From assembly GCA_963722385.1 (NCBI GenBank), contig CAVRKK010000001.1, positions 96,001-160,000 of the forward strand: DNA of 64,000 nucleotides, in the 5' to 3' direction. The position numbers and the translations under genes are program-made. Positions 30,565-41,650 of the stretch are shown piece after piece (the first letter of the stretch is position 1; each line of letters begins with the position of its first letter). The DNA comes from an uncultured bacterium. Its GTDB lineage: Bacteria; Babelota; Babeliae; Babelales; Babelaceae. The notes beneath the pieces were generated by a model that worked only from the letters and a program-made list of their open reading frames with translations, was not told the DNA's origin and ran no database searches.

Positions 30565-31740
30565 ATGTATATAAAGAGAGACTTGGCCGACTTGATAGCC
30601 TCGGCAGCTCAACAGGTGCCTGTTGTAGCTGTGCTTGGTCCTCGCCAATCAGGCAAGAGTACCCTTGTAAAGGCTATTTTTAAGGATCATCTATATTTAG
30701 ATATGCAAGATGTAGAGCTTTCAGACTTTGCCAACAAGGATCCCAAGGGCTTTTTAAACACTTATAGCAACCAACACGGGATCATTCTTGATGAAGCTCA
30801 ATACGCTCCAAGCTTATTTCCTCAGATAAAGGTTGAAGCTGACAAAAACCCACGGCCGGGCTACTATATTTTATCAGGGTCTCAAAACTTTCTATTACAC
30901 GAAAATATAAGTGAATCACTTGCTGGCAGGGCATATTTTTATACTTTACTCCCTCTTTCTATACAAGAACTGAAAGAAGCTCATATGCTTCTTAAGCGTC
31001 CAGAAGAACAAATTTTCAAGGGCTTTTATCCCCGTGTTTATCAGCTTCCTATAAATGCCCATGATTATTATGAAAGCTATATTTTAACGTATGTTGAGAG
31101 AGACATAAGAACGATAAGAAATATTGACAACATTTTGATTTTTAAAAAATTTATGCAACTATGCGCTTTGCGGGTTGGGACTACGCTCAACATGACCGAT
31201 CTAGCGGTGAGTTGCGGCATCACTGTCAATACCGTCAAAAGCTGGCTTGCACTGCTCGAAGCAAGTTTTATCTTGTTTTTGCTTCCTCCCTACCATGAGA
31301 ACCTTGGAAAGCGCATTACCAAATCGCCCAAGCTCTACTTTTATGATGTAGGGCTTGCTTCAGCCCTTATGGGAGTAGATGAAGAAACGATCATAAAAAA
31401 TCGGGCCCTCTACGGTATGCTTTTTGAAAATATGATCGTTGTAGATCTGGTTAAAAACTGTACGAATAGAGGTTCGCGCTGCGCCTTAACGTTTTTCCGT
31501 GACAGCAATAAGAATGAGATAGATCTCATTATAGAAACGCGAGGGAAAATAGTTCCGATAGAGATAAAAGCATCCGAGACCATGAGCAGTAAGTTTTTTA
31601 ATACTTTAGTGTGGTTCCAGGAGCAAACGAAAAGTAGTGAAAGTCCTACCGTTATTTACGCAGGCAACCAAATACAAAAGCGATCTAAGGGCAGAGTAAT
31701 GCCCTGGAATCAAACCGAAGACTTACTAAAATTCCTCTGA
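30565..31740 (+). CDS. AAA+ ATPase (AAA_14 plus DUF4143-like)
   Basis: GPRQSGKST, ILDEAQ, SGSQN, ESLAGR, KSPKLYFYDVG, EIDLI..PIEIK. Confidence 0.92.
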   Translation: MYIKRDLADLIASAAQQVPVVAVLGPRQSGKSTLVKAIFKDHLYLDMQDVELSDFANKDPKGFLNTYSNQHGIILDEAQYAPSLFPQIKVEADKNPRPGYYILSGSQNFLLHENISESLAGRAYFYTLLPLSIQELKEAHMLLKRPEEQIFKGFYPRVYQLPINAHDYYESYILTYVERDIRTIRNIDNILIFKKFMQLCALRVGTTLNMTDLAVSCGITVNTVKSWLALLEASFILFLLPPYHENLGKRITKSPKLYFYDVGLASALMGVDEETIIKNRALYGMLFENMIVVDLVKNCTNRGSRCALTFFRDSNKNEIDLIIETRGKIVPIEIKASETMSSKFFNTLVWFQEQTKSSESPTVIYAGNQIQKRSKGRVMPWNQTEDLLKFL

Positions 31741-32412
31741 TAAAAGAAAGTGTTTTTTACAAGAAAATTTTAGCCCTGATAAAAATTTAGAAAAGCATAA
31801 TATTTTAATTTGTAAATTAAACCGCCAAGCCCGTAAATTGATTAAAAAAATCAATCAAGGCAAAAACTCGAGCAAGCGCTAGCAAAATATCGACAAACAA
31901 TTTTTTCTTTCATTCTAGGGCATTCTTGCGACACTTTTTTTATTTCTCATAGAAGCAATATTAACTAAATTTTTATACTTTTAATAAAATAGAGCTCGGC
32001 ACTTTTGCGGTCTTGCCGGCAAAAATTCGTCTGCTTGAAAGATTCTCTATAACCACCTTGACGTAAGAGCTGAGCAAGGCTTCTCGTCGGTGCTGCCGAA
32101 TCAATGGGATTGCGGGACCGTCCTTGGTTCAGCCTGCTCAATAGGGGCGCATCCCCAAAAAAACGAGAGCTTGCGCACATCTGAAGGGAGTGTAGGCAAT
32201 TGAAGTTCGCGCCTTGAAGGCACAGGAAGTGGCCTAGTATGGATATTAATACAGCACCTAATAGCGATAAGTCTGTTTTTTCTTGACATTTACGCTGGCA
32301 CACCGAATTCTAGAATCAAATTCAATAATTTAAGCGACATGCCTTGTATGCCTGTCTTTACAATAGCAGCTTAGACTTCTAGGTGGCAGGCTTTTTGATG
32401 GAAAAATGTTTG

Positions 32413-33627
32413 CTATGCTTTACTACTTATTGGCTTAAACTCACCGCGTATTAGCTTTTTCTCGATCAGTAACATAAGGATACTCAATGCAAGAAAATAA
32501 AGAGGCATTGGTAACAATGTGCCATTATGCAGAGATCCCATGCCAAGGGTAATAAAAGATATAAAGCAGTAATAGAAAAAGCCGAATAGACTTGACGCTG
32601 TTCCTATGCACCACTTATATTCTACAAGAGCAAGAGCCAAGGCATTGCTTGTACACATACAAATACCAAACATAATTATCATTTGAGAAATAAGGGTTAT
32701 GCCAATCAACCAATTGTTTGGCATATGAAGGTAAGTATTAAGTAATATAAGGCTGCTAAATAGGCACGTTGCTAGGAGTATAACCATGAGCCCATAACGC
32801 ATAATTTCTTGTGAGGTATGAGTATCATGTAACTTCTTGGAGACCGTGCCGCCGAGCATGGTACTTGCAGCGATGGCTATAAAGCTTAATCCGAATTGAG
32901 TTGAAGATAAGCCCAAAAGCTTTATCAGGAAAAATGATCCTTCAGCAAAATAACTGAAGCTAATACCATTACAAATAGCTACGATGAGCCCGAAACCAAG
33001 TACCTTTTTATTGCGCAATAAGCTCAAGGCCACTTCTATGCTGGAAATAGCTTTTCTAGCGGATGCTAAATGCGTTTCAGGCAAACGTATTAATACCAGG
33101 ATGGTAAGAACAATAGCAAAAGCAATGAGGAATAAAAAAATATTATACCAGCCAAAACTTTGTGCTATAAATCCCCCAATAACGGGACCAATAGCGGGAA
33201 AAACAGCCAAGCTGCTGCCAGTTGAGGAATAGACTTTGCCCAAAGCAGGACCGTGGAAAGCATCTCGACAGATTGCTTGCCCCAGAACACTGCCGACACT
33301 GCCACCAAAGGCTTGAATGAAGCGGCTTACCATTAAGAGGGTAATTGATGTAGATAGATAACACCCGAGACATCCCAACAAGAAAATGAGTAACCCTGCT
33401 AAAACGCATGGCTTGCGACCTGCCTTATCCGATATTTTTCCCCATATAAGAGTTCCAACAGCAAAGCCAAAAAGGTAAATCGTAAGGGTAAACTCTACGA
33501 GAGATTCAGATACCCTTAAGGTACGGGCAATATCTGGCAAAGAAGGCGTGTAAACGGTTTCTGAAAGTAATGGTAGTCCTACGATCAATACGATAAGCCA
33601 AATCGCAGGCAGTAAAACAGCGGTCAT
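32413..33627 (-). CDS. MFS drug-resistance transporter (Bcr/CflA-like)
   Basis: YTPSLPDIA, GKISDKAGRKP motif A, RFIQAFG, GPVIGG; about 12 TM helices. Confidence 0.92.
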   Translation of the reverse strand: MTAVLLPAIWLIVLIVGLPLLSETVYTPSLPDIARTLRVSESLVEFTLTIYLFGFAVGTLIWGKISDKAGRKPCVLAGLLIFLLGCLGCYLSTSITLLMVSRFIQAFGGSVGSVLGQAICRDAFHGPALGKVYSSTGSSLAVFPAIGPVIGGFIAQSFGWYNIFLFLIAFAIVLTILVLIRLPETHLASARKAISSIEVALSLLRNKKVLGFGLIVAICNGISFSYFAEGSFFLIKLLGLSSTQFGLSFIAIAASTMLGGTVSKKLHDTHTSQEIMRYGLMVILLATCLFSSLILLNTYLHMPNNWLIGITLISQMIIMFGICMCTSNALALALVEYKWCIGTASSLFGFFYYCFISFITLGMGSLHNGTLLPMPLYFLALSILMLLIEKKLIRGEFKPISSKA

Positions 33628-33769
33628 GCTTTCTCCAAATGTCAATGAAAAATCATTATAACATAACTTTTTAGCGAATAATAGCATTTTGCTAAAATAT
33701 TGAGCAAATTCTATTAAAAAATATTCTTACAAATCTGATATATCAAGCTTCATTAAAGCTAATATAAAT

Positions 33770-33976
33770 AAGCGCTTTATTGCGAGTGCTCCTAAAGTTC
33801 ACCATGCTGATTTAGAACGTGTTCTTTATATGCTTGGTTTTTTGGCCGAACATACGGATGACCTACTGTCCTTAATAAAAGAGTGGGAGACCAGCGGAGT
33901 ATGTAAGTTGCCAGAAAAAAGGGATTTTATGAGCAGCGATTTTAGTATACATAGAATGAAATTAAGCAATATATAG
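33770..33976 (+). pseudogene. C-terminal remnant of a paralogue of the HEXXH protein at 43823-45076
   Basis: Translates HHADLERVLYMLGFLAEHTDDLLSLIKEWETSGVC versus DHSSLAEIALYAIGFLAYQGFDVGSLLEQWEKTGIC. Confidence 0.65.
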
Positions 33977-34162
33977 TGCTTGGGAAAAGTGTATACTTTA
34001 AGCGTAAACAATACAAAAGGTTTGATTTGTATGTAGGGTCAAGCCTTTTGTATCAGATAAAAGACCAATCTGCCAAAACTTCAATAAAAAATTCTTAATG
34101 ATGCTGGCTTCTCAATTTCGGAGTAAAATAATACTTATCAACATTTTTACTATGAGGAATTT

Positions 34163-34786
34163 ATGTTTTTGAAGTTTTTATATAGAGCGACTATCCTTAC
34201 GGCGCTATCATTCGCTTGCTTTTATCAAACAAAAGCAGCTAATAATTCAGATTTAGGCAAAACTGACATCGCGGTCTTATGTCTGCAAGAGCCTTTTAGC
34301 GGATGGCTTAATAATAGGTTTAATTACTTTATCGATCTTAACAATCACGATAGTATGCATTGTTTGCTGCAGGATTTTACTAACATGTTGCTAGAAAACG
34401 ATGCACTTAATCCAGGTATTGAAGAAACACTTAAATTAATTGGGGGCATGAAAAGTGCTCAAGAAATTTTTGCATCCTATAGCATACGCGTGAATGTTAT
34501 CCCTAACTCTATTAGAAAGCATCTACCAGCCCTCTTTAAGGATGATCTTTTTGCCAAGATAATAAATGAACGGATAAAGGCTAATGATGCTATTGACTGC
34601 AGCTCTATTGTCGTTCCTGAACCGGAGATCCATTGGTGGCAATGCCGTGACAAAAAACACGCATCGAAATGTTTGCTTCCTGCCGTTGAATATGCGATGT
34701 TTGGCGTAGGATTAATAACACTTTTTTTAATCTCTCTAAAGTCTTGCGAAAATCGAGGCCGAAATTTAAAGCACGTTGAAGTTTGA
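34163..34786 (+). CDS. Exported protein with C-terminal membrane anchor
   Basis: GAGG RBS, signal peptide, C-terminal TM. Confidence 0.75.
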   Translation: MFLKFLYRATILTALSFACFYQTKAANNSDLGKTDIAVLCLQEPFSGWLNNRFNYFIDLNNHDSMHCLLQDFTNMLLENDALNPGIEETLKLIGGMKSAQEIFASYSIRVNVIPNSIRKHLPALFKDDLFAKIINERIKANDAIDCSSIVVPEPEIHWWQCRDKKHASKCLLPAVEYAMFGVGLITLFLISLKSCENRGRNLKHVEV

Positions 34787-35782
34787 GCACAGCTTCCATT
34801 ATCTTAAGCGAGAAATAGGACGAATAGACTTCTAAGCAGGCATCAAGGGCTTGATTAGTAGCTTTAAGACTTGAAATGAAGCCTCTGGTAAGCGAAAAGC
34901 TCCCGCTGAGATTATTGATTGTCTAGCGAATATAGCTTGCGGATCGCTATTATGATATTCTTACCGTAGCTCAGCAGAGTATATCGAACGCTGTCAGAGC
35001 TTACTATAGTGAAGCACAGATATTAAGATCTGTTGATTTAATCCATAGATTTTCGTAAGCTTGCTTTATTAAAATTATTTATGTTTGCTATTATTGGTAT
35101 AGTATTGCTGAATATTGGCAATTTGAGCCTAATGGCTGAAAATTATTTTGAAAGAATAGCCAAGCTAGAAACCTATAAGGGATTAGATAAGCATTAGCTC
35201 GAAATACTTTTGAAAAGAGCACGTACTGATATCAAAAAAATCAGGGGAATGTCCCTTTATTCCTGATGACTTATCCGAAATCAGGCACAAAGTTTGTAGG
35301 TGGCAAATGTGGCTCAACCGTAGTCAATTATTGACAAAGTAATGTTTGTGCTCTATTCTGTGAGCTGAACTTGTATAGGCGCGACATCGTCGACACCCAC
35401 CTCTTTAAATGAAAATAATATAAAATTTAATATATAAAATATGTTCATTTTATAATAAACCTTGCCGAAGGATAAAAAGCAATCAAAATGCCTTTTAGAG
35501 AGCATTGGCAATCGGGCAATACAAATCTATTAACCGCCTCAAAAAATGTCGTCCTAAAGCAACCTTGTTGCCTTAATATTGCTTCTTATAGAAATCAATC
35601 AGTGTTTTTTAATTTGTATAAACACTAAACTGCAATTTGACCATTTATTGCGCTCGTCTATTCATGAAATTAGACCCAAGCAATTTCTTTTGTTGCCTAA
35701 GAAAGGGTTCTTAAAAAAGAAGTATTGGCGCCACTTTTTTATATCAATGTTAACAAATCAGAATTTGTTGACATTGATATAA

Positions 35783-36148
35783 GGCGTTATGGCCTCATGG
35801 TTATACTAGGAGCAACGTGCTTATTTAGCGGTCTTATTATTACTTAATACTCACTGCCGAGTTATTGGCATAACTCTTATTGCTCAAATGATAATTATGT
35901 TTGGTATCTGTATGTGCACAAGTAATGCATTGGCTCTTGCTCTTGTAGAATATACATGGTGTCTAAGAATCGCATCAAGCCTATTTGGTTTTTTCTATTA
36001 CTGCTTTATATCTCTTATTATACTTGGCATGGGCTCCCTGCATAATGGAACATTATTACCAATGCCTCTTTGCTTTCTTGCATTGAGCATTGTTATGGTA
36101 TTTATCGAGAAAATGCTCATACAAGATGGGGTAAAGTACAGTAATTAG
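35783..36148 (+). pseudogene. Inverted, decayed duplicate of the 3' end of the Bcr/CflA MFS gene
   Basis: MIIMFGICMCTSNALALALVEY..GMGSLHNGTLLPMPL nearly identical to the 32413-33627 C-terminus. Confidence 0.9.
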
Positions 36149-36179
36149 AATTATTCTAATCATATAAAAATGAGAGCAA

Positions 36180-36212
36180 GTTAAAGCCCTGTTAAATTAA
36201 CAGGGCTTTAAC
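36180..36212. terminator. Hairpin between convergent genes
   Basis: gttaaagccctgttaa-a-ttaacagggctttaac. Confidence 0.7.
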
Positions 36213-36245
36213 CATCATCATTCTCTGCATGTAGCTTAAGTTGAA

Positions 36246-36656
36246 TTAAGCCTTTGCTTCCCCAATAGACCAATCTGTTTCACACCTTTTAGTGTCGGTA
36301 ATTTCAAGCGTAAGTGGTCCTTCTGTCCTAGCGTGGACCTCAACATCTTTGTGATATTTATCTACAGGGGGAGTATTTGTATCGCCCCACCAAATTTCAG
36401 CCGATATTATACGACATTTCTCTGGCACTTCTTCACTTCTTTTTTCTCCTGGCTTAAGATTATAAAATTTAATAGTATCCCATTGGCATCGGGTCCCTGG
36501 ATCTCCAATATAGTTTCTAGGCGTAATCCGAGCCGATAAAAGCTTGTCAGATTTATTAATAAGTGTTAACGGTACCTCACCGTACCTCTCAAGGGCTCTC
36601 AATGTAGCAATAACTAGCATTACCGTTATAAAAAAACTAAATTTTAAGACCTTCAT
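36246..36656 (-). CDS. Small secreted beta-rich protein
   Basis: AAGGAG RBS, signal peptide, LTLINKS..NLKPGE..C. Confidence 0.8.
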   Translation of the reverse strand: MKVLKFSFFITVMLVIATLRALERYGEVPLTLINKSDKLLSARITPRNYIGDPGTRCQWDTIKFYNLKPGEKRSEEVPEKCRIISAEIWWGDTNTPPVDKYHKDVEVHARTEGPLTLEITDTKRCETDWSIGEAKA

Positions 36657-36864
36657 TGCACTCCTTTTGTTTTGTGTTAGTATACAATGTTATTTAATTG
36701 CATCAAAACTCTTTTGGCGCAATTAATTCTAATATATTTTAATATACTTTAAATATTTTCTATTTGTCAACAAGTCGGTTTCTTCGGTAAATATCCTATC
36801 TGGATTTTGGAGAAACTATTCGTGAAATATAAAGGTTTTTAATTGTCGATCGCCTTTCATCCCC

Positions 36865-38262
36865 GATAGAGTCCATATAATTGTGTAAAAAGGTAAAAGC
36901 TTAAGCGGGCCATCAACCTTCGTGTTAAGATAAAAATGGAACGAAACACAAAGAAGGATAGCCCACTATGGATGGTATCAATATAGCTAAGAGATGGCAA
37001 GAAGCATTGATCAATCAAGAAGATTATATGCGCGAGATGATTAATAAGGTATGCCAAGAGGTTCTTGAAGGTGAATTCGAGAAGTTTATAGGAGCGCAAG
37101 CATACGAACGAACTGATACGAGAAAAGGGTACCGGAACGGTCGCTATACAAGGCAATTGAAGACACGGGTAGGTTCATTACTATTGGAGGTATGTAGAGA
37201 CCGTGAAGGTGAATTCCAACCAGAGCTCTTTGACAGATATCAAAGGAGTGAGAAAGCGCTTATGCTGTCAATAGCAGAGATGTATATCGCAGGTGTAGGA
37301 ACCCGCAAAGTGAACCAAGTAATGGAAGAGCTCTGCGGTATAAGTATATCCAAGAGCCAAGTGAGTAATCTGGTACGACAACTTGATAGTGAAGTACAAG
37401 AATGGAGAGAAAGAGCTCTTATCATACCATATCGTTACTTGGTCATTGACGCACGTTACGAGAAAGTGCGTGAAAACGGATGTGTTGTTAGTAAGGCGTT
37501 TATTGTTGTGCTTGGTATCACCTATGATGGAGTACGTGAAGTAATTGGTTGTTGGGTAGTTAATAGTGAGTCATATGAGGCCTGGGATGATTGCTTTAGA
37601 AGGCTTAAAGAAAGAGGCCTTAAAGGTATTGAGTACGTTGTATAACAAAGGTCTTCGTAAGGCACTTGGAAAGTACTTCCAAGAGGTAAAGTTACAACGT
37701 TGCCAAGTACACTTCCTGCGCAACTTTATAGATAAGCTTGCTAAGAGTGATCAGTCAATTGCAATAAGACTTCTACAAGATGTGTTTGCAACAGGAACAA
37801 GGGATGATGCGATGGCACGTGTACAGAAAGTCCATGAGTTCTTACTAAGCAGAAAGAAAGAACCGGTTGCTGAATGGCTTGATGAGAATATAGAGGAAAC
37901 ACTAACAGTTCTTCAATTGCCTATTGAGCATCGAAAGAAAATGAAATCAACGAATATGCTTGAGCGACTTAATCAAGAATTGAAGAGACGTTCCCGGGTT
38001 GTGCGGATCTTCCCCAATGCGAACAGTTGCTTGAGATTGTTGAGCGCGTTATGTCAAGAAACGTCGGAAAACTGGGGCAATAGAAAGTATCTCGATATGC
38101 ATGTATGAGGTGAAACGACATAATTGAAACTGGAACTGGTACACCCCTCGGGGTGTGTTGTTGTTGCTTGCTTAAAAAGCTGCGCAACAACTCATTGATA
38201 TATTGAAATTATTGAATGTCGGAACCACGAAGGGGAAAGTACACAAAAATCTGGACTTGACT
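36865..38262 (+). mobile_element. IS256-family insertion sequence
   Basis: Ends GATAGAGTCCATATAATTGTGTA and TACACAAAAATCTGGACTTGACT; 9-bp target duplication TTCATCCCC at 36856-36864 and 38263-38271. Confidence 0.93.
36968..38108 (+). pseudogene. IS256 (Mutator-type) transposase, frameshifted
   Basis: RNGRY.R.LKTRVG, IDARYEKVR, QRCQVHF, STNMLERLNQELKRR; split at about 37643. Confidence 0.92.
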
Positions 38263-38411
38263 TTCATCCCCTAGGGTGAGCAGATTACAACTTTACCGCT
38301 ATTAATAAAAATAAATAACTGCTGATTATTGGCTTTATCTTAATATTGTTGACAATTAGAAACTCAAAATGATAATATTGCTAATAATATCTAATATAAG
38401 AGGCGAGTTTA

Positions 38412-39212
38412 ATGAAAAAATTTATTCTCATCATACTCATAGCAGCAGGCATTTTTCCTTTATACTCCTTGGGGCAAAGCGAGTTTTCGCCTGGAGCGAT
38501 AAGCACTGGACTAAAGGGCCTTCACTCAGGAGCCGAAGCACTAGCAAAAACACTTTTAGTGCCACTTGCAAACGGATTGACCGGCTTTGCTGAAGAAACA
38601 AATGATTTTTTAGGCAAGATAATGAAGAAAGTGGCAAGCGAATCTTCAAATTGGGACCTCACCGAGAAAGTAACGTTTGCCTTAGGAATGGTAGTAGGAT
38701 ATGTGTCACCAATGCTTGTTTCCTTTGGACTTTTTAAGCTGCTTCCAGAATCGCATATACCTTACATTGCAGCCTCCTATGTCATGGGTACTTCAATCCT
38801 TACAGTGGCAAATGCTTATAAGCAACTGTTTGCCCCTGAGATTTCTGGCAGCTCTGTTTTGTCGGGCCTTAAAGAAGGGACTCTTGCTGGATTAAGATCT
38901 CCTTTAACGTTACTCTTAAAAGGGTTTGAAAGCATCAACAAAGACGCACATAATTTTGTAGAACAATTAAAAAAGGCAAGTACTCATTGGTCGTCAAGCC
39001 AGAAAACGCTCTTTAGCGTAGGCTTTCTTGTAGGAACTACACTGCCAATTATCACAACATATCTTGCTATGAAGAGTTTTCCAAAATCGTATGTTCCACC
39101 TGCCATGCTTGGGACAGTAGGAGGGACAACTTTTATTCGAATCGCTAACATACTTGCTGCTGCTACGGGTGGCACTTTATTAGATAAAAAAGAGCAAACT
39201 ATAAGCGGCTGA
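38412..39212 (+). CDS. Membrane protein with internal two-fold duplication
   Basis: Signal peptide; GLK.G..S..W...K..F..G..VG segment occurs twice. Confidence 0.75.
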   Translation: MKKFILIILIAAGIFPLYSLGQSEFSPGAISTGLKGLHSGAEALAKTLLVPLANGLTGFAEETNDFLGKIMKKVASESSNWDLTEKVTFALGMVVGYVSPMLVSFGLFKLLPESHIPYIAASYVMGTSILTVANAYKQLFAPEISGSSVLSGLKEGTLAGLRSPLTLLLKGFESINKDAHNFVEQLKKASTHWSSSQKTLFSVGFLVGTTLPIITTYLAMKSFPKSYVPPAMLGTVGGTTFIRIANILAAATGGTLLDKKEQTISG

Positions 39213-39214
39213 CT

Positions 39215-40288
39215 TTAAAGCAACCCATAAAATGGGTCGGACAAGGCATGGGGCACACGTGGCTCAAGAGCTTGCGGAGTCTCAACTCCTTGTAAAGAGA
39301 GCAACAATCGTACACTATAGTGCTCCCCTGTAGATTGGGCTGCATTTAAAGCATACTTTAACAATCGATTCCTTTGCGTCTGCTCAAAATCTTGTAATAC
39401 ATCATAGAGTAGTTTTAGCACGTTATCACTACCACTCTGCGCTGCTGCAATTAAAACTGGAGCAATAAGCTGATCAAGATCTAGAGAAGGGGCCTCTAAA
39501 AGCATTTTAATCCGATCAGCTTGGTCACGTGCAGCTGCGTAAGTAAGAGCAAGTTGCAGATCATAGGCTGCATAAGAGCCCAGCCTTACGATTTGTCTAT
39601 CAAAAAGTATAGCTTGTAACAAAGGAAAGTCTGCTAAAAGATGCTCAGCTAAATGGTTTCTATACTGAATCAGCCAACTTTTAAGTATTTCGGGCAAGCA
39701 AGCTCCACGGGAAATGAGATAAAAAACAATATTTTTGGCTCCCTCGCGAATGGAGGAGGTTGTTGGACTTATAAAAGCTGCAAGAGCATGGTATAAGGAT
39801 GGGTATTGGCAACTATCGGCTTCGCAAACAGAAACACCATAACTTTCCACAAGAAGTTTTACTATATTAATGGCACCCCAACCTGCAGCAAGATGCAGTA
39901 TAGTCTTGCCTAAACTATTGCGGGTTTTAATATTGATCCTGCCCGCATCGATGCCCTCTTTTATTTTCTCTACCTGATCCGCTATAATTGCCTGGCGTAG
40001 ATGAGGGCGATTAGAAGGATTAAGCTCCAAACTCCAATCAAATGGCTCTGTTTGAACAGGCATAGTGCTAGGTGCGGTGATAATTCGAAGAGCTCGCTGC
40101 CGGGAAGATTTGGTAGTAGAGTTTTGTGGAGCTATAAGTTGGCCAGACGTAGAATGTGGTTGAACTCGGGAAGCTCTTGACGGTACATATGCCCACTGAT
40201 AGGGAGGCTGTTCAGGATGCTCCATGGAAAACAGTATCGCCGAACCAAAAAAATACCAAGCAAATATACACCAATTCCACAGTTGCAC
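39215..40288 (-). CDS. Secreted ankyrin-repeat protein
   Basis: GTG after AAGGA; ..ILFSMEHP; GKTILHLAAGWG ankyrin motif. Confidence 0.8.
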   Translation of the reverse strand: MQLWNWCIFAWYFFGSAILFSMEHPEQPPYQWAYVPSRASRVQPHSTSGQLIAPQNSTTKSSRQRALRIITAPSTMPVQTEPFDWSLELNPSNRPHLRQAIIADQVEKIKEGIDAGRINIKTRNSLGKTILHLAAGWGAINIVKLLVESYGVSVCEADSCQYPSLYHALAAFISPTTSSIREGAKNIVFYLISRGACLPEILKSWLIQYRNHLAEHLLADFPLLQAILFDRQIVRLGSYAAYDLQLALTYAAARDQADRIKMLLEAPSLDLDQLIAPVLIAAAQSGSDNVLKLLYDVLQDFEQTQRNRLLKYALNAAQSTGEHYSVRLLLSLQGVETPQALEPRVPHALSDPFYGLL

Positions 40289-40456
40289 TTGATTCCTTTC
40301 TATATTTTCAATATGATTAATTAACAATAAAATAGCACAAATAAAGCATTTAGAAAAATTATTTTTGCCTGTGCAAAATACGGAAAATATTCCTTTCAAC
40401 ATGGAGCGTAGTTTATAATTAAAATAAGAGCCAGCGAGAAGAAACAATACGGTCAT

Positions 40457-41133
40457 TTACTACTTTCTAAGAAAAGCTCTCATTTTCTTTTTACCAAACT
40501 TAGTCAACGTAACAAAATTTGCTTCTTCTATAGCATCCATAAGCTCTTGCAAGCCCTTATTTGCATATTCTAATGAAAGGCCTAGAGCATACTAAAATTG
40601 TTGATTTAAAAGAAATTGGGCAATCGAAAAAGAACCTTCGCATTCCTCATGCGTCGAATTTTGTGCAACGGCATAGAAGAGTGCTTGATCAAGATAAGGT
40701 ACCCAGAGATCTAAATTACTTTTAATGCTTTCTTCGAGCTGATTATAAAGCAGCCGGAAAACATCAATGTGACCATTAAGTGCCGCAAGAACAAGCGATT
40801 CGCCATAAGCCCGCAAGCCCGCCAAATCATGAGCTTGCATCTTGTTAAAAAGCGGCATGAGCCATTCTACAATAACAGAAACTCCTTATATTTTATAAGG
40901 GGATATTTTCTCTCGATTCCGCCAGTAAGTGTAATAGTAACTATATAATTAACATCCGCGCCTTTTTTTATAGTTTCCTCGGCTGCCTCATAATCTCCTT
41001 TATTGATTGCTTGCGCTAGAGCAATCGATAAAGCTTTTTTCGTATCATGTCTTTCTGGCGCCTCCATTGAAATAAGGTAGTGCGAAATTATTGATAAACA
41101 AAGAAATAGTAAAAGCGGCTTTTTAAGATCCAT
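40457..41133 (-). pseudogene. Disrupted secreted ankyrin protein
   Basis: Fragments 40867-41133, 40592-40858 and YALGLSLEYANKGLQELMDAIEEA near 40520-40592; paralogue of 63708-64000. Confidence 0.7.
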
Positions 41134-41294
41134 TATATTGCCTTGTTTGCGATTATTAATATATCAATTATATTAATCAATATATTAATAAATAGCCAAT
41201 AATGGAATCAGGGGTCACATCTGTTTTTTAAATATTCATCGATCTCTTCATTAGAGTAAATAAAAAGGGTCCGAATCCTTACTATTACCATAGG

Positions 41295-41582
41295 GTGCTT
41301 GAGGCAAGGGTAATTCAGTCGAAAAATAACGAGCTTGCAGAAAAAGATAAGCGCGTTGAAGATCTAGAAAAAGTAATAAAAATAATTTCAGGGAACGACC
41401 TTTGCCGCAAGGATCAAGCTGATGAATTAACACGATTAATAAAGGATTTGCGCGCTACCGTTACGCCAAAGGCACAAGAAAGCATTGAGACCAATGATAA
41501 AATAATTGACATCCTCAGGAAATGTAGTGCCGTGGATCCTGTATTAACGGTATTTGGTTTAGATAAAATTAAAAATGCTTAA
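41295..41582 (+). CDS. Hypothetical coiled-coil protein or 5'-truncated remnant
   Basis: ORF track only; no clear RBS. Confidence 0.35.
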   Translation: MLEARVIQSKNNELAEKDKRVEDLEKVIKIISGNDLCRKDQADELTRLIKDLRATVTPKAQESIETNDKIIDILRKCSAVDPVLTVFGLDKIKNA

Positions 41583-41650
41583 TCTTCTACCAATGACGTA
41601 GCAAAAAGGGCTTAAGATAGCTTTATCCAAGGGCATTATGATGCTAAGCA

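Noticed and set aside
31965..32303. ORFs and possible structured RNA in the 31.8-32.4 kb gap
   Set aside because: No convincing RBS, domain or extended pairing; probably decayed coding sequence.
34885..34945. F-box-like remnant LP/AEIIDCLANIA
   Set aside because: It needs a frameshift and is too short to distinguish from chance.
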